Below, in pieces: positions 29,990 through 40,118 of a stretch of DNA of 64,000 nt. The stretch is taken from the IMG/VR virus record IMGVR_UViG_3300029893_000001, positions 186,001 to 250,000 of that record. One strand, written 5' to 3'. The notes under the pieces are model-generated. The model did no database searches and was not told where the DNA came from. It worked only from the letters and a program-made list of their open reading frames with translations. Numbering within the stretch: position 1 is the stretch's first letter; the number at the start of each line of letters is the position of its first letter. Position numbers and translations under genes: made by a program.

Positions 29990-32900
29990 TTAAGTGCGGC
30001 GGAATACCGGACGCCCCACCGGGTAGAACGCATCGACCGCCTGACCAGCACGAACAACCGCCGTGCCATTTGTAATGGTGGTGTAACCTGAAGATACGCC
30101 CATGTACATTGAATTCTCATCCGTGTGTACAATGTAGGCCAGAGCAGTTCCTACAGAGACGTCCGGAGCGGTAGCTCCTGTCATTACTACCCGAGGTTTC
30201 TGATTGAAGCGGGGAGCTGTCGCCCTCCCGGTGGGAGAAGGAGCAGCAGAATAGCCGTTAAGCAGAAGAGCGCCTAAAACCACGTCTCCCCCGGGGACAT
30301 ATCCGATAAGACCACCAGCTCCGTAGGAGTCAATTCCAGCAACGCTCCCAACCAGGGAGCGTCCACGAGAAAAGGACACCCCAGGATAATCCTGGCGACC
30401 GTCTTGAATCAAAACGGATTCGTAAGAAGCGAATTCTGTGGTCCAAGATGACGGAACAGCGATACGTGTTCCTTTACGCAAAGTCCTTCCAATTCCCCCC
30501 ACCAACACGTCATCGTAAGGGTACCTAACGATCGTTGTAGCCCCGGAAATAAGGAACGTATTGGGAACAACGCTGATCGTCACCTGACCCACGCGCAAGT
30601 TCGAAGTCGAAGCTACAATGACCAACAAAGTCTCAGAGCTTGGACTGGAGGAAGCCCCGACAGCCACCTCGTGCAAACTACGAGTGTTTGCTGGACTGGT
30701 GACAGACGCGTGGAATTCGTTTGAAACAGCGGAGAACGCGCCGGTGAGTCTGTCCCTAGTAACGAATCCGCAAGCAAGATCTCCAGAGGGTCCAGCCGAC
30801 TCCGTTTCGATAGTAACTCCGACGATGCTCTCACCAAGATTTACCGGAAGAGGAACGTAGAGCGTCGTTCCAGCGAGCTGAGACCGCCACATTGCCTCAT
30901 CTGGAGTCCCGCCAGAGTACTCCAGAACCCAAGGAGACGCCTCACTCCGTGGATAAGCAACAGTCGGAGGAACCGGACGAACAACAGGTGCATCCATAAG
31001 AGCCGTATGAGAAAGGAAGCTCTCAGGAGAGTACCTAGAACCGACACTTGCGCCGTTCGCTGCCTTCTTCGGGAAGGGCAAGCGTTGAGAAACTGCTAAT
31101 GGGGGCCGGTCTGCAGGACGATAGAATTTGGCCGTATCATCCTGAACAAAATAACCCCCATAATTCGGGCCGTCTGAGGATTGCAGGTATCTATCCGTGA
31201 CTCGACCCTTCGAGTACAGTAGACCCATGTCAAATCCAGAAGACGTAACAAACCCGTACACCCCTGGTGGACTGCTAGAGTGAGCATCCCGTCGAAGGGA
31301 CGTACCTAGCAACCGGTAGTCTAACCAGGGCTTGTTTGGCCCATTGGTGAACAAGATCTGATCGGAAATGCCCTCGACTGAACCATTCAGTCTAGTCTCC
31401 AAAGACTGGGTAATTCCTTGATACGGGGTGTATTCGTAGTAGATTCTCGCACGCGCCCCGGTTACGAGAGGCACTCGCACCGGGCCAACAACGATGGTGT
31501 TATGAACACCAGTGGCACCGCCCGTATGTTCGTAACGACACGAGAACATAGAGCTGTACGCTCCGATATTCATCGGAGTCCCAGAAGTATCTACAGCCTC
31601 CTGAAGAGAAACTGATTGGCCGGTGCCGATATTACGAACAGGATCACGATCAGCAGAATCGAACCAAATCTCCCACGCAGCATTTCCCGTCCCTGCTGAG
31701 TAGAAAGACAAGTCCGTGAATCCAGGGAATGCAACGTTGCTGAAGATCCCAGCGGTGAATTCATTGCCGCTACGTACACCACCCATTACAGATATGCCGC
31801 AGTCAGCCCAAGGACACAGAGGATTCGGAGATTCAAAGGTCTTGTGAACTGTTGAAGCGTCGATCTGGAACTGATTCGAACCGATCTGATAGGGCCCGCG
31901 AACTTGCTTGCTTCCTGGATCAATTTCGAACCAGCGGTCGACGATATCTCCCAAAGAAACCAGCGTAACACTAGCTGTAGTTCCACCAGGAACGGTACCC
32001 GGCTTAAATTCGATTCGAACTCGCTGGAACGCGGGGGATGCACCAGCGTCATCTGTGAATTGAATGTAACGAATCTTGTCTTGGACGGAGGTGGTATCCA
32101 AGCTAAGACCCGCTACTGCATAGTTTTGCAACGCACCTGCAGCAGAAGCAATCTGAGACGAGACAGAACCGTTTGCGAATAGAGTCGCACGGTCAATCAC
32201 GACTTCATCCCCAACAACAGGAACGTTAATGACGTTGAGAGGTACTCCGATCCACGCACGGCTAAACGGGGCAGCACCTGTCAATGAATACTCAATCCGA
32301 TGCACCCGGTCAGGAACCGCTAACAAGCCACGATTGTTGACATACGTGTTAAGCGACGATGTCCGACCAGCCTCATGATTTCGCTTAACAGCCCATACAC
32401 CAACCAAAACGCGAGCGCCTGCAGCGGCATATGCCGCCAACGCATTAAGAGTGAGTTGGACTTCCGTCTGCCTAAGAGGCTGCGGCGATACTTGGTCACC
32501 CTGAACAAGCCAGCCAAGCGGAATGCCGCCACTGAAGTACGTATGGTCCATAGGAATAGGACGACGATCTCCTGCAACGTTGCCGTCGATGGAGTACGCA
32601 ACAAATCCCTGAGGCCCATAGGGACGAACGCGTGTCTGCGGGTCAATTGAAAGCATGTAACCTTGAGGCAAATTGATGCCCAAGGTATTTGTGGCTGCAG
32701 TCCACGTGAAAATGCCAGTAGCATCGGTATGGTCTACAGTCAAATTCAAGAAAGTCCACGTAAACAATTCTGCTTCATCTGACTCCGCCCAGACCGTTTG
32801 ACGACTATTGGGAACGTTTGGAATCAGATGCGCACCTGCGGTGGCAGAGGGCCCGATTTCGTCCACTTGGAGTAGACTGGTACCCGCTACGTTGGACGCA

Positions 32901-35053
32901 ATTGGATGCGTCCTCATGTTAGTACGTAGTTCACCCGCGATGAGCTTATCAAAGCTCTCGTCCAAAATACGCTGAAGCTCTTCGGGGTCTGAGATCGAAC
33001 GAGAACGAACATCCAGGACTTCTCCCTCATAGGGAAACGTTGCAGCCTGGTTGGGGAGTCCGGGGAATGCGCTTCGATTCGCCCCATTCTGTCCAGCTAC
33101 AGTTAGTGCGTAGGCGCCTGTATTTCGACGATGAACCAAGCAAACTGGAAGTGCCCAGACCGCAGAAGCAGGGTCCTCTCCCACGAGAGGGTCAGATGAC
33201 CTAGACCACAAAGAAGGCTCCCCGCTAACCGCAGCGTAGACGCCCGTCGCAGTCATCGCTCCTTCTGCAGCGGTCTCAAGTGCCCCGAGTGGAAGGCTGA
33301 AGAACCTGAACTTGCCCACCCACTGCGCTCGTCGTGGTCCAATTCTCGCCCTAAACTGAAGCTCAGGCCCTGAATCAGCATCAGGAGACGGCGGAGTGAA
33401 CATGGTCTGGAAGACCTCCAAAACCAGAAGGTCTGTACGTCCCGATGTGGCCGGAGGTGCCGGAAGAGCAACGTTTGCTGGCGAGGTCCAACGAAGATAA
33501 CGACCAAGCACCTGAACCAATGACGAAGGAATGTCCAAAGACCCATCGTTGATTTGAATCGGGTCATTGGTCCCGGTGATGAAACCGGCTGGTCTTTCAA
33601 GCTGAGCAGCCGCAGCAGCGGCTGAAGCACCAGCGACGAGGGCCTCCTCCACCTCCACTAAACCAATACCAAGTTCGGCACGTGGGGCTACGTCAAAGAC
33701 GTAACGCTCACCATCCCGGAAAGTATCAATGAAGGGTGGCCCAGCTAGTTCGTCACTTGTTCTGCGAACTACAACGAGTGGAATAGCCCACGAAACCCCG
33801 TCGTGAGAGGAAACAGCGGCTGTTGCCTGCCACAGCTTTTGGTCCGTATTAGAAACAACGCTAAAAGCGTTGCCATCTACGTTCGTGATGGCGGCAGCAA
33901 CTGTCGACGTATCCGTCAACACACTTACGTTAACGTTCTGGATAATCCGGTACTGGTATCTCGTGACGACGAACGTAGTGGAGTCATACACCTCCATCTC
34001 AGACAAGTCGAAAGAAGGTGCTAGGGTCCCACCTTGCTCTGTCATCTGCTCCAAAGCAGTTCGAACAACGGAGAAGCTCCTCGCAACGGCTCCTTCGTCG
34101 TCGTAGGTCTCTGAAGAAGGCACTGCGATCGTTTCGCGCCAAGCCTCAAGGATTAGAAGGTCGAAGCGTTCACCTGCACCCGGGGCCGCAGGAAACGACA
34201 GGCTTGTTGCATGTGTTTTGATGAAGTGGCCGTTCATCAAGTAGTGGCAGCCGGGCAACAATGCGGTGTTTGCAATTCCGTTCAAAGGGATGAACGGAAA
34301 TTGAACCACGCCAGGCCCGCGAACCGCTGAGCCAGCAACAGAAGCACCCGAGGTTGCTTGGGGGATCTCGTTTAGAAACCCAGAACCGCTTGTAACCCGG
34401 TGCCACTGATGACGAGACTCAGCGTTCCTGGAAGAAATCTCGCCAAGGTCAACCGCACCTCCAATAGGTGCCCAAGCCGATGTAGAAGCATTCCACTGAT
34501 AAGCGAGGCGAGTATCAAATGCGATACGAACGTCCCCGTCTCGGTTGTGGGTGGTCGGAAGAGAGGCGACAGTAGATACTGGCATCCGCCAGCCAGTCTT
34601 TCCAAGCTTGTCTGCCCAGTCTCCAACTGAATAGTCGATCTCAACTCCGGGATCAGTCAATGCTGTCGCCCCAAAGGGAATTGAAAACTTGGCGAATGTT
34701 ACGAAGTAGTTACGACTTACACTAGTCGACCAGGTTGTCTCTGGGATAACCTGCAGATTAACGATAGGACTAGTAAGGCTTCTGTACTCCAAATGGAGAA
34801 CCAGGTAGCTGACCCTGTCGGGTCCAGCAGCAGCAGGAGCCGGAATAGAGCGCGTTTCTGTAGAATCAGAAACGGCCACCATACCATCATATCCTGTGAC
34901 GATAAAGGGCGCGATTGAAACCTGAAGAGAAACTGCTGATGGTGTCAGCGTTCCACCATCGAAGATAGCCCGATCAACAATTCGAGCTTGGGTGGTGTTC
35001 AGGTCAAGAGTGCTGTCCTGGTTCCGAAACTGGAGAATGGGCTTGATTGCCAC
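29990..35053 (-). CDS. Large baseplate wedge/tail-fibre scaffold protein
   Basis: 1687 aa; internally repeated 'PAxP...R.DLL.LE' and 'WA.P...V.RR' domains. Confidence 0.7.
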   Translation of the reverse strand: MAIKPILQFRNQDSTLDLNTTQARIVDRAIFDGGTLTPSAVSLQVSIAPFIVTGYDGMVAVSDSTETRSIPAPAAAGPDRVSYLVLHLEYRSLTSPIVNLQVIPETTWSTSVSRNYFVTFAKFSIPFGATALTDPGVEIDYSVGDWADKLGKTGWRMPVSTVASLPTTHNRDGDVRIAFDTRLAYQWNASTSAWAPIGGAVDLGEISSRNAESRHQWHRVTSGSGFLNEIPQATSGASVAGSAVRGPGVVQFPFIPLNGIANTALLPGCHYLMNGHFIKTHATSLSFPAAPGAGERFDLLILEAWRETIAVPSSETYDDEGAVARSFSVVRTALEQMTEQGGTLAPSFDLSEMEVYDSTTFVVTRYQYRIIQNVNVSVLTDTSTVAAAITNVDGNAFSVVSNTDQKLWQATAAVSSHDGVSWAIPLVVVRRTSDELAGPPFIDTFRDGERYVFDVAPRAELGIGLVEVEEALVAGASAAAAAAQLERPAGFITGTNDPIQINDGSLDIPSSLVQVLGRYLRWTSPANVALPAPPATSGRTDLLVLEVFQTMFTPPSPDADSGPELQFRARIGPRRAQWVGKFRFFSLPLGALETAAEGAMTATGVYAAVSGEPSLWSRSSDPLVGEDPASAVWALPVCLVHRRNTGAYALTVAGQNGANRSAFPGLPNQAATFPYEGEVLDVRSRSISDPEELQRILDESFDKLIAGELRTNMRTHPIASNVAGTSLLQVDEIGPSATAGAHLIPNVPNSRQTVWAESDEAELFTWTFLNLTVDHTDATGIFTWTAATNTLGINLPQGYMLSIDPQTRVRPYGPQGFVAYSIDGNVAGDRRPIPMDHTYFSGGIPLGWLVQGDQVSPQPLRQTEVQLTLNALAAYAAAGARVLVGVWAVKRNHEAGRTSSLNTYVNNRGLLAVPDRVHRIEYSLTGAAPFSRAWIGVPLNVINVPVVGDEVVIDRATLFANGSVSSQIASAAGALQNYAVAGLSLDTTSVQDKIRYIQFTDDAGASPAFQRVRIEFKPGTVPGGTTASVTLVSLGDIVDRWFEIDPGSKQVRGPYQIGSNQFQIDASTVHKTFESPNPLCPWADCGISVMGGVRSGNEFTAGIFSNVAFPGFTDLSFYSAGTGNAAWEIWFDSADRDPVRNIGTGQSVSLQEAVDTSGTPMNIGAYSSMFSCRYEHTGGATGVHNTIVVGPVRVPLVTGARARIYYEYTPYQGITQSLETRLNGSVEGISDQILFTNGPNKPWLDYRLLGTSLRRDAHSSSPPGVYGFVTSSGFDMGLLYSKGRVTDRYLQSSDGPNYGGYFVQDDTAKFYRPADRPPLAVSQRLPFPKKAANGASVGSRYSPESFLSHTALMDAPVVRPVPPTVAYPRSEASPWVLEYSGGTPDEAMWRSQLAGTTLYVPLPVNLGESIVGVTIETESAGPSGDLACGFVTRDRLTGAFSAVSNEFHASVTSPANTRSLHEVAVGASSSPSSETLLVIVASTSNLRVGQVTISVVPNTFLISGATTIVRYPYDDVLVGGIGRTLRKGTRIAVPSSWTTEFASYESVLIQDGRQDYPGVSFSRGRSLVGSVAGIDSYGAGGLIGYVPGGDVVLGALLLNGYSAAPSPTGRATAPRFNQKPRVVMTGATAPDVSVGTALAYIVHTDENSMYMGVSSGYTTITNGTAVVRAGQAVDAFYPVGRPVFRRT

Positions 35054-35071
35054 AGTGACACCTGTTCGTTA

Positions 35072-35548
35072 TCAGAGTTGGACAAAGACTTCGTAGACGA
35101 ACCGGTCGGTCGGTGTCTTAAACTTCAGGGGAAAATTGGCGATGGCGAACAAGAACTTTAGACCAATCTCTGGATCTCCTGGAATAGGAGAATACACAAT
35201 CGTACCCAGCAAACAGAGAGAGCTTACAGCTCCTGTGGCCTCTCCGGGCTCAACAGAAGCTGTGAAGACAGGGCACGAAAAGCTCGCGAATGAGACACCG
35301 TCAATTGTATCCACCAAAGAACAGCCACCCGCAGTAGTGATTGCTTCCACGGGAGAGCCTAGTGGACCACAATAGCAGCCTGTCCGAGACGGGTCCGGAG
35401 TAATAGCCAGCGTAGGGTCGGCTGGGTCATGGCCGTTTGCACCTATTACAAACGTATCCACGGCAAAGCTCTTTCCCGTAGCCAGCATCTCCGCGATGCG
35501 GGCCTTCCCCTGATTTGTGATAAGAGCTAATGCTTCGATAGTAGGCAT
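35072..35548 (-). CDS. Tail collar/fibre-attachment protein (paralog of 22857..23429)
   Basis: ITNQGKARIA...FVIGANGHDPADP...LFAIANFPL. Confidence 0.6.
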   Translation of the reverse strand: MPTIEALALITNQGKARIAEMLATGKSFAVDTFVIGANGHDPADPTLAITPDPSRTGCYCGPLGSPVEAITTAGGCSLVDTIDGVSFASFSCPVFTASVEPGEATGAVSSLCLLGTIVYSPIPGDPEIGLKFLFAIANFPLKFKTPTDRFVYEVFVQL

Positions 35549-35605
35549 TTTATGTACCTGTACATAAGGACGAAGAACGGAACCCTTTTAGGGTGTGGAT
35601 GGAAT

Positions 35606-36802
35606 TTATGAGATTCGCTCCACACAATAGTCCGAAGTATCTACTCCAAACGTACCAGGTCCGGGGTAAGATGTGCCTGCTGTATCAGCAATTGAAGTAT
35701 CCCAGCGCACGTGGCCACCAGAAACCGTATCCCAGACTCGATTGCGATAGGTGAGAGAAACACCTCCACCTCCGGCAGAACCTTCAATCTCCACCGGAGT
35801 GTCAATTGGAGGATCAAAAATGATAGCACTGCGCGCTGCTCCCGTACCTCCGGAGGGAGTTGTCGCCGCTGGAAACGGAAAGCCGTAACTAGAATTGGTG
35901 CCAACAGGAACCCAAATATTACCCTTCTGATCGGTGATTACGTCTGGATAACTGCGTGCGCCAGACATGATTTTGACGATATCGGTCGAAGAGCCCAAAA
36001 CGAGTGAAGTCATGGCGTCAGACGTCTGTGTCAGTGGGATAACCCGCACCAGAACGTCCTCGCCTCCCTGAGGCATCACGGATACCGTTGCATCAGGTTC
36101 TGGAGTGCAGGCGCTGGCCCAATACCCCGCGCGCTCCGAAGCAAGGAAAGTGGCGCCATCTCGAAACCAAACACCATCAGTGTCGGGCCCGTCACCGTTC
36201 TCACATGACGAAAAGATCAAAGAACGAGACAAAGCGCCGGCCGAGGTGACCATTACCCAGCCAAATCCGGCTAATCCATTAACTTCAGAATCATGTACCC
36301 AAAAATGAACAAATCCATCGGTGTAGAAGCCAAAAATATCGTTGTCTGAAGACCTGGATCCAACGAGAAATTGTTCTCCAGACGCAGCACCTGGGATTGT
36401 ACTGTGGGCGGCTACACTGCCATCAAAGCCCCCTGACCTCGCATACGCAATCTTCCCATAGCCGTTCCAGCTAGACGCAGGCGTCTGGTCGGTATCGACA
36501 AAAAGTACCTCTCGCCCATTCCCATCCTGAAAAACGCACCATCCACCAGGTCCCCAATCTCCTGCACCACCAGCATCACCCCCGGTGGCAGTCTTAAGAC
36601 AGTCGTACGCACCTCCACTACCTTGGTCTGCGGGGTCAAGTGCTGCAGTGACTCCGCTGTAAGCGAAAGTTGTAGAGCCGTCTCCAGAGCCAATAACAGT
36701 CCAATGCCCCGAAGCAATCATCATCTCTTTGATTTCGAATAACGGAGCGCTAGCACGTACACCTGCCGCCTTCGCCCAGTTAACTGTGAAAACTCGTGCC
36801 AT
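35606..36802 (-). CDS. Virion structural/receptor-binding protein (paralog of 36806..37831)
   Basis: GSGDG..FAY.GVTAALDPADQGSGG.YDCLKT shared with the neighbour. Confidence 0.65.
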   Translation of the reverse strand: MARVFTVNWAKAAGVRASAPLFEIKEMMIASGHWTVIGSGDGSTTFAYSGVTAALDPADQGSGGAYDCLKTATGGDAGGAGDWGPGGWCVFQDGNGREVLFVDTDQTPASSWNGYGKIAYARSGGFDGSVAAHSTIPGAASGEQFLVGSRSSDNDIFGFYTDGFVHFWVHDSEVNGLAGFGWVMVTSAGALSRSLIFSSCENGDGPDTDGVWFRDGATFLASERAGYWASACTPEPDATVSVMPQGGEDVLVRVIPLTQTSDAMTSLVLGSSTDIVKIMSGARSYPDVITDQKGNIWVPVGTNSSYGFPFPAATTPSGGTGAARSAIIFDPPIDTPVEIEGSAGGGGVSLTYRNRVWDTVSGGHVRWDTSIADTAGTSYPGPGTFGVDTSDYCVERIS

Positions 36803-36805
36803 TTA

Positions 36806-37831
36806 TCACCTCGAAACCGGCAGCGGATCGGTTGTAGGCCAAGGCACACAATACCCAGCCTGGGTGCTAGAACCAGCGACAATAAAGCGCTCTTTTGTGC
36901 CCCCAGAACCGCGAGTAACAATCATCGGAGCATCAAGAAATGAAGACAGCCGCTTGTAACAACGCCCGGTCCAGCCTTTGTAATACTGGTCAGGAGCTGA
37001 CCCAATTCGAGCCAAAATAGATTTGATGCCGATTGTGTTGTCGGAGTTAAAAGCTCGTGTCGCGTTGTACCGGCAATCTTCTAACGTAACTGATTGCCAT
37101 ACCTGATTAGCCGTGGAGTATTGATTCCATGCTTGAACCGTAGTGAGACCGCTACTCCCGTATACAACAATCGCTGGATCATTATCCCAAGACGGGGCCT
37201 CGTGCACTGGACAAAAGATGACACCTCCAACACTTCGATTTTGAGGACCGATCCAAATAGCACCCCAACCAGCAACAGTACTCTCCAGTGCCTGGTCCGC
37301 AAACACGTGCACTGCTGCGCCTTGAAAAGTAATAACTTGAACCCCTGTTGATGTAGCTCGATTTCCAAAAATCCACTGCTCGTCTGTGGCCGCCCCAGGG
37401 ATAGTACTATGGCCGGCTGTGCTCCCATCAAAGAAAGCCGTGGCACCAAGCCCCGCGTTATACGCAATCCGACCGTATCCCCACCAACCACCTGAAGTCT
37501 GGTCAGTGTTGCAAAATAGCCATTCCCGTTGGCCCCCGACCTGCCGCAACACACACCACGCGCTGCTTTGAAAATACCCATTCTGCTTCACGGCTGTCTG
37601 TTCAAACTGCGGCGTCTTCAAGCAGTCGTAATCGCCACCTGAGCCTTGATCCGCAGGGTCAAGCGCCGCTGTTACACCGTTGTAGGCAAAGATCGAGTTT
37701 CCGTCACCAGACCCACGAACTTCCCACAACCCAGAATCTACCAAGGTCTCCTTAATATTCCACAGGAACCCACCCAGGTAACCATGGTTCTGATTCTGCT
37801 TGAGGATATTCGTCGTGAAAGAAAAGGCCAC
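36806..37831 (-). CDS. Virion structural/receptor-binding protein (paralog of 35606..36802)
   Basis: Same conserved block; GAGGTG RBS. Confidence 0.65.
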   Translation of the reverse strand: MAFSFTTNILKQNQNHGYLGGFLWNIKETLVDSGLWEVRGSGDGNSIFAYNGVTAALDPADQGSGGDYDCLKTPQFEQTAVKQNGYFQSSAWCVLRQVGGQREWLFCNTDQTSGGWWGYGRIAYNAGLGATAFFDGSTAGHSTIPGAATDEQWIFGNRATSTGVQVITFQGAAVHVFADQALESTVAGWGAIWIGPQNRSVGGVIFCPVHEAPSWDNDPAIVVYGSSGLTTVQAWNQYSTANQVWQSVTLEDCRYNATRAFNSDNTIGIKSILARIGSAPDQYYKGWTGRCYKRLSSFLDAPMIVTRGSGGTKERFIVAGSSTQAGYCVPWPTTDPLPVSR

Positions 37832-37839
37832 GAATCACC

Positions 37840-38526
37840 TCACAATGAGCTGTCGACCACAATTCCGCCCCACAAACAAAGCAACTCATCCCCAGGGGCA
37901 GCAGCGGCACTAAGGAATAGACGTAGCTCATACATCCGAGCTGAATTCAAGATCTCATCTGGGTTTGCCAAAACAGCCACCGGAGTAAGAACATTGCTTG
38001 CAGTGAAATGGATATTCGCGCTTCCGTTAGGAATAGCAACCGAAGAAACGATAACACCAGCCGCAGGTGCTCCAGGTGCGCCCATGTCATAGAGTCGAAG
38101 TCTACCCTCACCGGCACCAGCCAACGTCATCACGCCAAAAAACTCCAGAGAAATAGTAACAGTTGACGCAGTGTAGTCCGTCGGATCAAACACAAAACCC
38201 CCAACTACCTGTTCCGAAGCAATTAGAGTAGTTGTTTGGTTGGTAGAACCCGTTACATAGATTCTTGCGCTGCCACCGGACCCACTATTTATCAACTCCC
38301 ACGTTGGACCTGTGTGATCCGTAAGAACATAATAGTCGTAAGGCGCTGCAGCTCCTACTTGAGCAATTCTACCTACGTCCGACGCCGCGAAAACAACTGC
38401 ACCAAGCAAGGTGTCTGTGCCTGCGTTCATTGCCGCTACGTCGTTGAACGTGTAGTAGTGCAGAACGTGTGCTCCAGCCAACGGATCGCCAGCTACAGGC
38501 TTAATGTCCTTGTGCAAAATGGTCAT
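37840..38526 (-). CDS. Putative short fibre/structural protein
   Basis: 228 aa, A/G/V/T-rich, GSGGS linker between two domains. Confidence 0.55.
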   Translation of the reverse strand: MTILHKDIKPVAGDPLAGAHVLHYYTFNDVAAMNAGTDTLLGAVVFAASDVGRIAQVGAAAPYDYYVLTDHTGPTWELINSGSGGSARIYVTGSTNQTTTLIASEQVVGGFVFDPTDYTASTVTISLEFFGVMTLAGAGEGRLRLYDMGAPGAPAAGVIVSSVAIPNGSANIHFTASNVLTPVAVLANPDEILNSARMYELRLFLSAAAAPGDELLCLWGGIVVDSSL

Positions 38527-38541
38527 ACGTTGCCTTGAATA

Positions 38542-40113
38542 TTAGAAGCCATCGAAAACCTGATCCGCGCTGTCAAAAACGTCGTCAAAAGCAGCAGAGT
38601 CCACAACCGCTTCTGAACCAGAACCTCCCGGAATCACATAATACCCCGCAGTGACCGTAGAAGTAATTGGAAGCTCCAAATCCCAGTAGCTAGCAACTGC
38701 CAAGGTAGCCTGGGGCCTAGAAAAGCAGCAGTCTAAATCTTCGAACAGAGAAACCTCAGGTACTGTCGAGTCAAGACAGTGTCCGCCGTCAAACCGGTCC
38801 ACAAGCGGCAAGCCATACCAACCGTCGGTCAGAGGATCCGCTTCTTCTGGGGAGTCTAGGGGAAGTCCACTATCGAATGCAATCGACCCCTCGTAACGAA
38901 CACTGACCGGCCTCCCAGGGTCCCCGTCGGGAAATACAATTCTCCTAGTCCCAGGAATGTGGAACGCAGCTACTATTCTTGAGCCCAACGGCTCGATTGT
39001 AGTAGCGGAGACTACTCTCTCGATCGGCGAAGAAACATCGAAGTAAGCAGCCCCCACCAATCCTGTCTCCGAACCTGTGGGGTCGAGAGACAAGGATCCT
39101 GCAGAAATAACTTCAGTGAGCGGAGCCAGACTGTCCAACCGCAAACGGCCTAAAGCCAGCTCAACAACTCGGTCAAACGGGTAGCGCCAGGCGCAAAACG
39201 CAAGTTCAGACTCCGTTGTCAGGACAACCGAAACTACAATTGGAAGACAATCCTGGCTGAGAAGTGAGGTGATGCTGCAGAAACCCGTCTCAAAATCAAA
39301 CGTGTGCGTTTCAGGTCGCCCCATGAAGTCTAGGCTGACTACCTCGTCGCTGACGGATGTAAGCTCCGCTATCGCCGGCTCTAGATTGTCCATCAACTTC
39401 ACAAACGCCGCCCACGTCCCAACGCAAATGTTAGGGATCCACACGTGGAAGGCGAATCCACCCTCATCATGAGCGGTAGAGTAAAGCGTCCTAGAATCCG
39501 GCTCGAAATACTCCAAATCAACGGTGGTGGGACGGACGACAGGTGTCGTATTCGACGCAGCAGTTGCTATGTCATCGACGCCGCGTGTCGACCCTGTCTC
39601 GTTAATCAATGAACGTACTGCCATTTTTCCAGCCAGGACACGCATAGCCCTTGTGGGAGGCAGCAACTCTTGGAATGCAATCTGATGTTCTGTCGCACGA
39701 AGCGACAGTTCACTGTTTAATTGGCGTTCTGCGTCCTCAAACTTCACGCCGACATTGAAGAAGAACTCTTGTGTATACCCGCGTAACAAGGTCGCATAGT
39801 TAGTTGCGACCACTAAGAGCAAATACGTCTCGTTACTAGTTCGAACTTGAATGAAGTTCTTGCCGGGGGCGAGGTTCAAATTCACCTGAGTTGACGGCTC
39901 AGAAAGAACTAGCGTCGTCACCAAAGTGTTGTTGTTGAAGACCTCGACAGTGTCTCCCGGATCCCCTTGGACCAAAAATGGGGTGGTATCCGATGACGAA
40001 AGCGGGAGGACTACTGGACCCTTATGCCATTGGGTACCCGCAGGAATACTGTCTAGGATTTCTTGGTAGAGATCCTCATACGCGTCAACATTGGGCGTGA
40101 TCCTCAGCGCCAT
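38542..40113 (-). CDS. Putative baseplate wedge protein
   Basis: 523 aa downstream of the baseplate J-like gene; 'GSTRGVDDIA' resembles the 'G+..GV' motif of tail protein I/gp7-like proteins. Confidence 0.5.
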   Translation of the reverse strand: MALRITPNVDAYEDLYQEILDSIPAGTQWHKGPVVLPLSSSDTTPFLVQGDPGDTVEVFNNNTLVTTLVLSEPSTQVNLNLAPGKNFIQVRTSNETYLLLVVATNYATLLRGYTQEFFFNVGVKFEDAERQLNSELSLRATEHQIAFQELLPPTRAMRVLAGKMAVRSLINETGSTRGVDDIATAASNTTPVVRPTTVDLEYFEPDSRTLYSTAHDEGGFAFHVWIPNICVGTWAAFVKLMDNLEPAIAELTSVSDEVVSLDFMGRPETHTFDFETGFCSITSLLSQDCLPIVVSVVLTTESELAFCAWRYPFDRVVELALGRLRLDSLAPLTEVISAGSLSLDPTGSETGLVGAAYFDVSSPIERVVSATTIEPLGSRIVAAFHIPGTRRIVFPDGDPGRPVSVRYEGSIAFDSGLPLDSPEEADPLTDGWYGLPLVDRFDGGHCLDSTVPEVSLFEDLDCCFSRPQATLAVASYWDLELPITSTVTAGYYVIPGGSGSEAVVDSAAFDDVFDSADQVFDGF

Positions 40114-40118
40114 TTAAC

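Noticed and set aside
35581-35594. accct-ttt-agggt mini-hairpin as a terminator
   Set aside because: Stem is only 5 bp with no proper U-tract.
16018-37831. Diversity-generating retroelement or invertible fibre cassette
   Set aside because: No reverse transcriptase or invertase; paralogs differ at all base types, not only adenines; no inverted cassettes seen.
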